A stretch of DNA of 60,803 bases, filler included, from Basidioascus undulatus (Eukaryota): NCBI GenBank assembly GCA_000826855.1. It is 6 parts of 6 records of this genome, joined end to end, with 100 filler letters (N's around TTAATTAATTAA, not from the genome) between each part and the next. Parts side by side here need not be neighbours in the genome. Positions count along the whole stretch, not along the records: positions 1 to 27,132 come from JTLS01000170.1; 5 more parts are not named here. One strand, 5' to 3'. Below the pieces are notes generated by a model, which was not told where the DNA came from, did no database searches, and was given only the letters and a program-made list of their open reading frames with translations. The position numbers and the translations under genes are program-made. This document shows, piece after piece, positions 11,366 through 25,221 of this stretch; position 1 is the stretch's first letter, and each line of letters opens with the position of its first letter.

Positions 11366-13092
11366 CCTGCAGCTGCTGCGTGCTCAAAAGTTCAGGACAC
11401 CGAAAACTGCACATTTTGGCGGCTACACACTCGCATGCAAATTAAACACCCTTCGCAAATGGGTGCCAATAATTCCAACCCAGCGTACATCCTGCACCTC
11501 AACTCCAAAGGCTTCAATCGGTGTTGAAAGCCCTGACAATCAATAATAGCAACGCGCACGGGCCGTCAGACCTCCATTTAACGTCAACGCTGTTCGCCGC
11601 GCATACATGAAAGCTTGCCCACTAAACCGAAGCTTCTTGGTTCTTAATAACTGTTGCCACTGAACGCACATCTCAATGCTCAGCGCCCGTGCGGGATGAT
11701 GATTGGCTGGAAGTGCACGCGTCAGCGGCGAGTTCTTCAGTTCAAGTAACTGCAGCGGGCCGAACTAGCCGGCTGCAAGGTTGTGCTGCTGAAACACTCG
11801 ACTCCAACGTTCCTTGTGGATGATCGACATAGGAAAGAAGCAGTTAATGAGGGCTTGAGCTTGATGTTGCCTATGTTTCTGTGGAGGAGGTCGATCTGGA
11901 AGATGGTCAAGTGCGACGTCCGGATGCGCAGGACGTCTTCGGTGAAAGAACGGTGAAAGCAAGTGAAAGGCGTGGCGCCGTGGCCTGTGCACAACGGTCT
12001 GGCAGCATGTTCATGTCCAGGGGAACTGTACCTGTGAGGATCGTGAAACGGGTACACCGAGACCTGCAAGTGAAGACGTTCTGAGGATCGGCGGACGCAG
12101 CTGGAAACACTACAGGGAAATAGCCAGTAAGTCGACCTGCTACCTTGAATCTCCTCAGTTAACCTCCTTTCCATGCTGTATGAGGGGCGGCTATTAATCA
12201 ATGATGGACGATAACTAGCTTGTGTTGTCTGACACGGGCTCAGGCCAACGAGAGTTGAGCAGCTGCTGGGATATGCGGGCACGTTTCACGTCTTGAAATC
12301 CTTCTCACCACCTTCTCTCTCGACTTTCCAGCCATACCAGGGCTATCCTGTGGTATTTCGAGCTGATTACTTCTCACGGAGGGTACTGAAATTATTAAAT
12401 CCTCCTGCAGTCTCTGCTTTCATCCGTCACCGCCGTTTGCAAAGTCCCGCGCCGGCCCTCACAATAGTTGAAAGGCACTGCATCTCGCCTCGTAACGCCT
12501 GCGTGCCACCATCTTCCAGAAGACACAGTGGAAGAAGTAAGTCAGTCCCACTGTTGGAACATGGCAACTGAATGAACTGCTTGAGTGTCGCAGGGACGGG
12601 CGTCGCAAGGCATTACAGAGGCGTTGAGGCTGTGGCAGAAAGTGTCTCAATGCTTTCATGTAACGATCTGTTTGCAGTGTGGTGTCTCTTGTCTGAGCCA
12701 GCAACGCAACACTTTTGGATTGCTTGACTTTCTTGGGGATTATTGTAGACAGCTTTTTTCACACTTTCCTTCGTCGCATCCCCACACCTAGCAGTCACTC
12801 CGCTCTACGCCTTAAGTCCGATACTGTACGTCATATGCTTTTCGGCAAATCTGTGTATAATAAACGGGATCACAAACAAAAACCTCTTGGACGAGAGTTC
12901 TCACAAGAATTGGATCTTCCCGTCGTACTCTATTCAATCGTGCCCATACCGATAGTAGCAAGTTCCATCGCCCTCGCAGGCCTCGCGCCCGCTCTATCCC
13001 TTTCACCTACCAACACCTACCCATCCCACTCAATATACTGTCAACTCGGCTCATTGTCACTGTCGATCGAACACGCCTCTATCGAACCCATC

Positions 13093-14202
13093 ATGGGCTC
13101 GCTTCCCCATCGCAGACTTCCGATCGAAGTCGTATCACATCTTCAGGCTTGCCCCGGCCGGAGATGACCGGGACGCTCTTCATACGCGACGCAATCTTGG
13201 ACTGCTCTAAAAGGGCTTTCAGGTGAGATTCATAGCTCATCTCAATAGTACCACTACGCCACCCTGTTCTGACAATGTGCGAGCAGGAACTCGGCCACGC
13301 TGTCTTTATGAAAGCGTTACCGTGCGGCACCCGGACTCGTTGGACAGCTTACTAGGTGCCCTCCACTTTCGAGACGCACGAGCCAATAGCACGTCTCTAT
13401 TGGTTTGGCACTTAACCGTCGACATGACTTGTGATGACTACTTTCCGTGCACCACGCTCGACGACACCGTTCTTCCGTCCCTGCTCACATTGCTCACGCG
13501 GCTTGAGGTGTTCGAGATGAAGCTCAACGAGACCGGACTCGTGCCCCGTCGCCCAGCTGCGTTTCATACCATGATGGCACTTGTTGCTTCATGCGGCGCA
13601 CACGCTACGCACGCTCGTGGTTGTACTCGACTTAGAGACCAGGCTATCATTCTCTCTCGCTTGCTTGAATCGATTCACTCAACTGAAGACACTGGACATC
13701 CACGGTGACGGTGATTATCCGTCACTATCCAAAATCGAGGCGCCATTCATTCCGACTCTGACACTGCTTGCGATCCGTCCCGAGATGTTGGAATGCGAGG
13801 CGGGGGGACCTTGGCTATCTGAAGCCATGTTTCCCAACCTTAGCACGCTCGCCATATCGCTGGATGGACCGATACCTCCGTTTCTAGTAACATTCGGTTT
13901 AAAAGCACCGTCAGGGGCTTAAGGAACTCATGCTTGTTCTCTCGAACTCGGACTTCACGGTCAAACCGCTTCTCGAGGCTTGTTCTGCTCTTGTGGTGCT
14001 GTCTCTCAACGTAGCCTACGGCTTTGTTCTCCCCCAAGACCTCATCTACGGTATACCTGCGGGCTTGCAGCGTCTCTATCTTTGCTATGCATACCAAAGC
14101 GGTGATCATCCTCTCAAATCATGCGATCCTTTCCTTCAAGAGCTGGCGCGTCACAAATCGGCTTGTCTTTCTGAGATCAAGTTCGATGAAGCCGGCGTGT
14201 AG
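13093..14202 (+). pseudogene. F-box-like/LRR-like protein pseudogene
   Basis: N-terminal LPIEVVSH F-box-like start, then LYESVTVRHPDSLDSLLGAL and LRR-like units (LTRLEVFEMKL, FTQLKTLDIHG, FPNLSTLAISL, LQRLYL). These are spread over shifting frames with no obvious introns to explain the shifts. Confidence 0.55.
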
Positions 14203-16234
14203 TAGACACCCTATTACCTAGCCACATTATATTAAAATCAGAGTTGATGGTATCCCTCTTGTGCGACCCATGTGACGCAACTGAACGACGGAGGAAGAAG
14301 AAAGGTTTCCGAATGATTGTCCTCGTGTGGAACCGGCATTGAACATCTACACGCCTTACGCAAAAGATTCAGCGTGCCCAAAAACCTTTAGGTTATTGGT
14401 GTTCAGTGTCGATGAAATCTTTCACCAGTGCCTCGTTGAGACTCGGTTTGAAGACTGAATTTAAGCGCAGAAGCAACATCCTGTAAAAGGAAGTCCACAT
14501 GCAGCTTTGACTCACCTCAATAGGGATTTTGAAGCCAAAAACTCTATGTCAAATTTTGATAACACGATATCAGCCGAAGTCACAACGAAAAGGGCTACCG
14601 TTGGGCTTGATCAGTGGCTCGTAACAAGAAACAATTCGCCAGTGTCCTCGATATGATCGAGGTCTCAGAGAATAGGGCGATGTAGCGTGTGCGCATCATC
14701 AATATTTTTTTCAATTCCCGAGTTCGGTGTACATGCACTCATCGGTGCTCACCTAGAGCGCTCGCAAGGCATCGCTTTGCCATTGTCAATTCAAAATGTC
14801 ACCAAGTGCAGTACAGTACTGCATCGCGCCTTCACTTGACTGGTTGGACAGCTCAGCATTCCACTACATATTAAGTCTAGGGGTTCAGTCAGTTCGAGTT
14901 TTGCAACGCGAATCGGTCGGAGACGAATCAGCAGTTGGACATGGGATGAAAACGCGTCGTCGCAGCCACGGGGCTCGGACAGCAGTTGGAGTTGAGTTGC
15001 ATCTCGCTTCTCAACAGGAATCCATATTACTCACAGATCACTGGGAGATGTGTCGAAATTCCACCCGCCTTGCACCAGTACCCCTCGAGGATCATAAGTA
15101 CAGCAGGGGGCGGTGGAAAGTGAGGAATAGCGACGTCGGCCTTGAGGGATGACTGCACATGGTATGGCCCCGAATTAGCATGGGATCAAAGCCGTTAGAA
15201 GGGTGGAGCATCGGAAAACGTTCATTCAATGAAGGCTGTCCAGAAGGCTTCCTTCAGCGTCAAAGCTGCGAAGACCGAATTTTGACCGAAACGCACACGC
15301 ACCTTCGTCTCTCCCACCATCACCTCCCGAGCGCTTCTGCCCGAACATCAAGAGCAGGGCAAACTCATGTTACCTTCACCTTGATATACATCATAGGGGA
15401 GATAGGGTGCGAGGCCGTGGTGAGGGCACAAAAAGCCGTCAGGGCAGACGGCAGCGGCAGCGGAAGCAGGCCTTCCTCGCGAGTGAGTTTGCAGAGGATG
15501 CGTCACGTCCATCCGGGTGTTGAGCGTACAGAAACACCGAAAAATATAGGGAATTTCTGTAGAAGATTTCAACAAGGCTTGGAGCTCGCCGTACGTCATT
15601 TTTCGTAGTTGTGCCATTCAGCCCACAGAGAACGTTCGAGGAATGACGGTATGAGAATTGAGCTACTGGATTGAGAAACCTTACACTTGGATCCTCTTGG
15701 AAAAGGGGAAGGCCAGAAGGGAATTCCGTAGACGGAGACGATGGCAAGCAGCTGCGGTTGACCGCACCACGCGCCCGCGTTCAACTTCCAGGCGCAGTCA
15801 CAGCCTTCGCGTCTGACAGAAGCACACGCCGATCCGGTATAAGCGAGAAGGGAAACAGCTGTATGTGGAACAAAGCCGAGCGGTGCGAGTACTATGGCGA
15901 AGATAACAAGCGAGCGAACAAACGAACAGAGTGTGAGGGGGAGATCAAGCTGTGTGTGATACCGATACCGATGCGATGGGTTTTGAAACTGAGCGAAGGT
16001 ACGAGGGATGCCAATGTACGAGATGCAGGGAACACATGCGGTAGAGACTGAGCGAGTACTAGTACAGCTGCGCTGGGAAGGATAAATGGGACGTGGGGGT
16101 GTCCTGTGTAAGATGGAAGCGAGGGATGGACCGAAGGGGAACGAAGAGGATGCGTCGGGTGTACGAGATGGTGGAAGGGGAGAAAGCGGAGGTTGGGAAG
16201 AAAGAAAAGAAAGGCACTGCGGTTCGGCAACGGC

Positions 16235-17988
16235 TCATGCAGCCTTCTCCCACTCGGCCTGTTGCGCTGCGGTCGGGCTGACAGCCTCCTTCCAAGCATG
16301 ATCACCCATCTCCAGCGACTCCATCGGGAGCGGCAGCATCTGGGGCGTGGGGGTTTGGGGAACTTCAGCGTACGCGGCGGGGGCGATGGGGGGACTGGTG
16401 TTGGTCGAGGCGGGGTAGGAATGAGCGAGGCTGGGAGAGTGGTACTCCTCCTTGGCTTGCGCCGGGGGAGTAGGCGTGCCGAGCGCGTAGCTCAGCGCAG
16501 TCGGGCTGGGCGTGTGGCGGTAGGCGACTGCGGGCGAGGCGTAGGGGTGGACGGAGACGTCGTCGACGGGGGAGGAACCGTACGGCGAGATGGCGCTGGG
16601 GCTCTGCTCGTCCGCCCCGGTCTCCACGAAGGTGTATCCGATGTTGGGGGAGACAGGGTGCGACTGCGCGTGCGCGTGCTCCTGTCCGTGTCCGCCCGAG
16701 GGGGACCATGCAGCGAGCTGCTCCGCGGGTTGCTGGATGGGCGTGGGCGGCTGCGCGTGCGACTCGGGCCAGGGTGAGTGCTGCTGCTCGCCGCTGTCGA
16801 GGGCCGAGGACTGCGGCTGCTGGGGCCAGTGCAGCTGGGGGACTGCCTCCGAAGTCCCGGGAAGGGGGACCGTGGGCGAGTTGGGCGTGGGGAACGCGGG
16901 GTGGTGATATGAGGCCGGCGTGTCGACGGTCGAGCTGCAAGGGGTGTAGTGCTCCTCCGGGCTGTGGTCCGCCGAGAAATGCTCGGCGATCGGCGAGGGC
17001 GTGTAGGGCGAGAGCGGCGCGCAGGGCGTCGGAGGGGTCGGGAGGACCGACAGCCCTGAAAGGTTGAGGTGCAGCCCTTGCGGCGGGTGCACGCGCGGCG
17101 TCGGCGGCGGGTAGGCCTGATACCTGTACGATGGTGGCGGCGGAGGAGGCGGCTGGTGGGGAAGGTAGAGGGAGAGGCCGAGAGCGGAGGAACTGCAGAA
17201 CGACCGAACCAGCAGCCTGTCAGTCCGCGGTGAAAGCGACTGCGCCGCCACCCTTTGCAGACGTACGCGGGGCTGAGTACCTGGGCGCTGGGGAAGGTGC
17301 CCTGGTACGCGTGCGGGTGCCATGCGTGGGCGTACCCGAGCGGCGCGCGCTCGAGCGGGACGGAGCGGACCTCGCCCGTCTCTGCCGTCCAGCCCGTGAT
17401 GGCGTCGAGCGAGAGCGTCGTGCTCGACTTACGGTCCGACTTGCGCGGGCGCTTTCCCGGCCCGCGCGTCCGCCGCTCGGTCGCATATGTGCACGTCAGG
17501 TTGCGCGACACACAGCGACCGCAGCCCTCCCGGTCGCCGTTGCACTGTGGGCGAAGTGGCGGCGTGAGCGGGAGAAAGACCGCCTTCCGCATGGGAGGGA
17601 GGCGCACCTTCGCTTTACGGGTACGACAGGGTTCGCAGGCCTAAAAGAAGAATATTCGGGTTCAGCAAACTCCTCCCACTCAATCCACTCAAACCACCCC
17701 CGAACGCACCTGCGACACTCGCTGGCCTTTCTTGGGCGCTCCGTTGCGCGCAAAGAAGCTCGTCCCCGGTAGGCCGTCGACATCGGCGAGCGACGGGTCG
17801 GGCTTGATATCGTGGGGTGCCCGAAAAGGGACCTCATCCTCCTCGTCGTACAGCTCGTCGGAAGGCTGGGAGATGAGCATGGTGGGGGATGCGGTGGCGG
17901 GGAGCTGTGGAGGGATGGAGCTGGTGCTGGAGGGCGTCAAGGGCGAAGGGATCGAGGGAGGGGAGGGCGAGAGCATCGTGTTAGGCAT
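16235..17988 (-). CDS. Zn(II)2Cys6 binuclear-cluster transcription factor with Pro/Ser-rich C-terminus
   Basis: The spliced cluster reads RVSQ/ACEPCRTRKAK/CNGDREGCGRCVSRNLTCTY, followed by a basic stretch and a long low-complexity last exon ending at 16235. Confidence 0.88.
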
Positions 17989-19036
17989 AGATTCTAAGAA
18001 CAAGAATTAAACACGAGTCCCCCTCGCAGGCCGAGCGAGCGTAGAGGGTAATAGTGTTTCAGTGGGTATTGCTGTGGGTGTTTGTGGTGTGCTGCTGTGG
18101 TATGCGGCAGGTCGGAAAGTGCTAGGAGATTGCAGGCCAAAGGGGTGCGGCTCGCAGGCACGTTGTGGTCGAGGGGCAAGGAGCGAACGCGAGCGAGCGA
18201 GAACAGAGAAGGAAACATCAAAAGGAGTTGAATCGAAAGGTCGCAGATTCCAGTTCCCGTTCAATCGCTCGTCTGAGCCTGGTCCAAAGACCGACAGCCT
18301 CATGCTCTCACCCAGCATGAAAAGTTCTTTTGAATTTCCAGACAAAAATCAGGCCCGCATAAGCAGCGTTGTCAGGCCAGCCAGTCCAAGACGACTCGCA
18401 GTCGTAGCGTCCCAGGGAAGTCTCACACGTGAAAATGTGCATACTCCTCCCCTCGATGCCAAATTCCCCTTCTGGCCCTAGCGCAGTCTCGGTCTCAGAA
18501 ACGACAGGTGATGCCCAAAGAAGGAAACTACATTCAGTCATTTCATTCTTACCATGCTCGCTCTAATCCGCTGTGCCTTCTTCGCTGGTCAACGATTCTC
18601 TGGTCAACGTTGGGCGATACAGACTGCACACTTTCAAGAAATTGTACTGCCATTGAAATTCGGCACAGCTCGCTGTATCACAGTTCGAGGCACATGTCCA
18701 AGCAAGGCTCTGCAACAGACGAACACTCCGCATTGCTCACTACTGTACCGTCGCGACGGATCCAACCACGCAGTTCACGTAAACGCCGTTTGTTTGAACA
18801 GATACAAAAACATTGCCAGCCCCGAATATTCTAAGCAACAAAAGATTTTGAAATTTTTTCGAGAGAGTTGGATCCAGAAGAAGCCATTCGAAACATCCGT
18901 CGAAAGCTTCCGGGGCTCAGGCTTCTCGGAGACCATCGCAGCCACAGGCTGCTCTCCAATCAATTCTCGTCACGTTCATTTAAAGCCGTTTTTCCTGAAT
19001 GTCTTTTACACACAACCATGTGCTCCAAGATCCAGA

Positions 19037-21516
19037 TCACTCATAGACGACAATCTTGTCAAGATCAGCCGCCCAGTCCTTCCCATTCGCTGCACCGCCA
19101 GGCATTTCACCCGTTAGTCGTCCACCATACCACCACAAAGATGGTGCTATGAGACGTACTGTTGTTAGCTCCCCCAATCGTAATGTAGTTATCACTCCCC
19201 TCTTGGAAGGTGAGCTCGATCGAAGCAGTCAGGACGATGCTGCGGGCCACCAGATCGACATAAGAGTCAGTGAGGTGAACTCTTCGCGTAAACTAAAAAG
19301 AGTGAACAACGCACCCTTCGTTACTGCTCCGCTGCTTGAGCTCCACAGGGTCGCCGCCGTTCACAGAGACAGTCGCGATTCGGCGCAGCGCATATTTTCC
19401 GCCGATGCGGTCGGGGGACCCGGCAGCTGTGGGATGGGAGGGCTTAGGTCAGCCAGAAGCTGCCATTTCAGAGCAACTTCTACGGTTTCTGAGGGACTCA
19501 ACGGTTGTCACCGACTGTGAAAGTTGTCGTCAGCGATGCTCAGGACGCGGCCGACTCCGTTGATGGGGGAGAAGGAACGCACAGCCCATGTCGTCGCTGT
19601 TGATATAGTGTAGCGAAACCCACTGCGGGTTACCGGTGCCTGTAATGCCTGAAATGGTGAGGTTGCTGTTGGCTCCGGCGACTGTGTTGGGTGTGAGAGG
19701 ATCAGGATGGTTGCAATGGATATGGTCGGAAGCAATGTTCGACTCACTGCCGGTAACTACTTTATGTCCGGAAGAATCGGGCTGCACATTTGGACGTTCT
19801 AGTCAGTGCTCAGCCGGTAACTTTCCAAAAATCAGCTACTTACTGAAACCGCTACTCGGGCGTTGCCAATGGTCGTGCCGCTCTCCGCCTCGTACGAAGT
19901 TCCTTCGGGAGCCCACCACTCGCCTGATTGCCATTCAATCAGACCGCCAGCAGTTCTAGTAACGAGAAATTAGAAGGGAGCGGAACACACCAGTGTCCAC
20001 GTCAATAGCCCACACGTCCTTCCACACTAGCTCGAGTTTGCCCGTGTCGTCGTGCGGGATCAGCGGTAGCCAGATGTAGCGGCTGTCGGGCAGGCCGTAG
20101 GCGTCCCAGTGATCTCCCACGTAGATATAGGCTTGTATCCATGGATGTAAGTTGTTTTTTGGGGCAGAAGCGAGGTAGGAAGAGCGTACTGATTTGCTTG
20201 GAGCCCTTCAAGCGAATGTTCCACCCGCTCTGCGTGTTGTATGTGCGCGTGCCGGGCGGTGCGATGTAGGAGCCTATTTAAACGGAGTTAGGATTGGATA
20301 GTTGACATCTTCATGAACCGGTGCACAGGGTAGGGGCGGACGCACTGATCGACCAGGGCCCGCTGAGCTTGTCCGCCGAGTAGTAGACGACGTTGTTCGG
20401 ACGGTACCCAGTCTTGTGCGACATGATGATATAGTATTTGGAGTCCGTACGGAGGATGGTAGGCTGCAAATTAAGGATACACAGCAGTTCAGCAGTTTCT
20501 TCAAGCCAAAGAATGGCTCCGGCTTGGAATGCGCACAGCTTCCAGGTCGATATCTTAAGCAAACAGTCAGCGTGAAGTATTCGGCTTGACGAGAACTGAC
20601 GATAGACGAGCCTACCATGAAAAGTGTAGACGTTCTCGACCTCCTCAATAAACTCATCATTCAACCGATCGATCTTGTTGTCCCGCCCAGCTTCGCTGTC
20701 TCCGTTCGAGTACAGGGCGTACGCTTGACCTGGTAGACGTAGCCTTGCCCATGTAAGTGTATGAACCACCTGGGAAGTCTGAAGAAAACGCACCGTCATC
20801 ATCTTGGAACAGCCCAAAGTCCTGCGAGAAGTCGCTCAGCGGCGAAAACACGCTCTGGAACTCGTACGGCCCGGTGATGTTCGGCGAAGTCGCGATGCCC
20901 TGCTGCAGGAGGCCGTAGGAGCTATTGTCGGCGTGGAACCAGAGCTGAAATGCAGAGGGGAAGACGGTAATGTTCAGATCCTGAGCCAATAGAAGACCAC
21001 AAGGAAGAAGCCCACCACCCACTGCTGCGTCGGCTCATTGTAGATGACCTTCGGGCGCTCCACGACGCGGTCTGAGGCGATCCCGGTTCCGTTCACGGGC
21101 GAGAGCGCGTGTCCGATACGAGTCCAATTAGTTAGGTCGGGTGAGGTGTAGAGATTGATCTGGAGTGGGACTGAGGCTGTCAGTGGGTTGTTTACATGGT
21201 ATGAGGGAACGACGCTGCAGCTTGCCCCGATGAACTCGTCGTCGTTGTCTTGGATGTCCTGGCCGAACCAGTCTGGGAAAGGAGAGTTTCTCTCACGTAT
21301 TGGGGTGTATTTCAAAGATACTGAAGAGCGGTACTCACAGAAAGTCCCCTCGTGCTGTATGACTGCACCGGCATGGGCGCTGATGAAGTCGCCAGCCGTG
21401 TCGAGCCAACGGGCGCCTGGGACGATGTACTTTACAGTATCGGACCGCCGTTGGTGCTGCGGGGCTGCTAGAGCAAGCGGGAGGATCACCAAGACTTGGA
21501 GGAAGCGTGTTCTCAT
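19037..21516 (-). CDS. Secreted GH43 (subfamily 24-like) exo-beta-1,3-galactanase with C-terminal CBM35
   Basis: Signal peptide MRTRFLQVLVILPLALA. Catalytic-domain motifs PGARWLDTAGDFISAHAG, VVERPKVIYN, QDFGLFQDDDG, DLEA/PTI, TRTYNTQS, YVGDHW and SRYIWLPL. CBM35 motifs SYEAE and AADLDKIVVYE* (TGA 19037-19039). Confidence 0.9.
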
Positions 21517-22002
21517 GTTACTTGCAGAGAGAGACGAGAGACTGCTGTGTGGCAGTTCGCTTTAGACGAAGTCGCGCCATTATATCCCTGGTGGAGCCAG
21601 TACTTCCGAGGGAAGGCCAGAAAGAGTAGATCCTAGCTTGTTCTCTTGGCTGATGCTGCAAGTCATTGCTGAAATGACCCCACAGAGCTCGTGACTGGTG
21701 CTTCGGGAGATACATGGAGCGAGGCGGGCCGGTTGAGCCGCCGCAGATGGTACGTAGCAGGCCGAAGCTGTTGCTGCAATATAAGGCATCGGCTGAGGCA
21801 ATCTAGACTGAAGTATTATGGACGTGGATCAGGGTATCGTTACTGAGTAGACGAACATGCAGGTGTCAGCGCTGGAGTAGGATCAGAAGTCGCAGCTAGA
21901 CGGTCTGGCGGAGCAGGATGCAGCAATCCAAGGCCAACATGGCTGTGGCACTTTTAAGAAGCAGGGAAGTCAAGGAGAAGTAAAGTACTCCCAGCTTCTT
22001 CA

Positions 22003-23032
<1,030 letters not shown>

Positions 23033-25221
23033 GATTAGGGGTTTAGTGCCCGCGAGGGGGTTCAAAATAGAAGTATGAGCTGGGAGTGAGAGGTGAAAAG
23101 ATGCGAGCGCAGCGGGAGGTGATGATGAGGTGTGCGGTGACGGTGGATTGGACGATGAAAGATCGCGTTGCCACTGGCGGCCACGCAGCAACGATCGGAG
23201 TGGCTCCTCGGTCAGTTCCGCTTACATATTGGACAACCCGCCCTCTCCACTTTCCTTATGCTGTGAAGTTCTTCATAATGAGAAAAAAAAACAGATAACA
23301 TCCGCAGATATTTCGTGCGCGGTATCCCCGGCTCCCTTGAAAGCTGCGCGGCCATCGCTCAACCTGTTGCAGTCGCGTTGACTCGCCGGCGGATGTAATT
23401 ATTGTAAAAAGCTGTTCTGGCGTAGGCATCCTCCAGCGAACGATTGACGAGAGTGTTCTGTAACACGTTTTCCCAAGGAACGCCGACGCTCCAGGTCGTT
23501 CCTGCTGGCACGAGCGCCTGTCTTGGATTGATCTCGACTCTTTACCACCACCGCAAAGGATGTATTCGACCGAAGTCCGTCCCAGATACTCAATGAGCAG
23601 TTTGCCCATCCTTTGCGAAGCATCCCTTTTCCCGACGTCAACGTCCTCCGATGCCTCGACCGCACCGACCAGTATCATTCAAGGCCTAGCCGATGGTCAG
23701 TTCCCATAGGGGTATCTGTCCACACTTTCTCTGAGACGCATGTGTACTCCAGACATACACGACCACCACCTAGCTCTCACAACCGCTATCTCCGAAGTCC
23801 TCGAAGCACAGCACGTCGAGGTCGTCGGCATTTTGAAGGAGATCCAGGACAGTACGCCAGCTGCCTTGAACTTGGATACCTTTGGAAGCTTTGAGCTGAC
23901 CGGATTAAGCCGCTTTCAGCTGCCGAACGCACCAACGAGCTGCTGGAGCTCCTCACAGCAGTGAGCGACAGGCATGTGATAGGAAGGCGAGCGCTGAGGA
24001 TAAGGATGTTGGGGGGCAGAAGATGGACTTTACTGTGGCGGCTAGGGGTAATTATGACGAAACGCTGGGTGTATGGAGGCAGAAGGGACAAAGGTGTGTG
24101 TGCCGCACGCCCGCGCCTACCACCGTAATTTCCTGCTGACGATCAGCCTTTGCTAGCATCAGTTTGAAGGCTTTGGTTGGTTTACATGGGCAGGTAAAAT
24201 TCAATGTAAGATGTAAAACTCGTTTTGCGTATGAATATCGAGTTGATAGAGCAATACTGAGGTGCCTGTTGTATCAGTCTTCAAACGCAGTGCGAGCAAA
24301 CACAAGACCGCAGCAAAGGTACGCTTCATCCACTCCTTCTCGACCTATTCAAAATTTTCTTACATACTTCTCAGGGAGCAGACAAACAGGGATGATGCTC
24401 AGTATCGATCACTTGCTCTGGCTGCTCACAGTCAGCTGGATGTGCATCGCCGCACTGGTGTACAAGCTAGCATAGGCAAGCGGCAGGAGGTGAGAGAATA
24501 TGGAATGGGTTCAGATTGAAAACTTTTCAACATTCAAATTGCGCGTTATGGCTGTGAGACAATGCTGGAATGCCCAGAGTTAGAGCGCTGCAGAGTAGCG
24601 TTGTACAGCCTGAGCTGTTTCCGGCAGTCTCAGAACGCTGTAGACAATGGCCTGTACTGACCAGAAACGGTGCCCTATACATTTATGACTTTTTTACAGA
24701 CAGGAATCCTCATTGTGAAGGTTGTTTGTTCCTTGCGCCCCGCGTTTGCGAAGAGAGATTCACTCACTCCGCTCAGAGACCAAATTCGAGAAGTTATGCG
24801 GTCAACGAGAGATATTCCCTAGCAAAATTTATGGTCGAAGTTGACTGAATTGTTGTTCCCTTCATACATTGCCCTTGGAGTGTAAAAACTCTGAAGTCGA
24901 AAAAAAATTGAAAACCCCGTGAGATTCGATGCCGTCGCCAGCCCGGCCTTCTGCTGCTCACTTCCATCTTCTCGACGTGCAGCGCATCCTGTATCAACCG
25001 GACGGCTTTCCAGATTCCACTGACCCGACTGCTGCGATACAGAGCGTGCAGGTCGCTAGACCATGCTGACCGAACTTCGTCATTGGGCTTACGTTGTCCT
25101 CGCCGTGCTTGCTCAGAGGGAGCGGGCCTCATCGAGCCAGCGCCGCAGCGAGATATGGATCTCCTTCGTTTTTTCCCATATATCACTCTTCTGCTCGAAC
25201 TTCGATCATCTAAAACTTGCA

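Noticed and set aside
11400..12800. Minus-strand coding-like fragments with LRR flavour
   Set aside because: There are stops in all frames and no diagnostic motif, so it is too degraded to call.
15348..15617. 89-aa Cys/His-containing ORF on the minus strand
   Set aside because: It has no recognisable motif or splice support and lies just downstream of a transcription factor 3' region.
18554..19036. 187-aa ORF and overlapping short ORFs
   Set aside because: They lack the GC3 bias of real genes here and have no motif. The 3' end overlaps the GH43 last exon in antisense.
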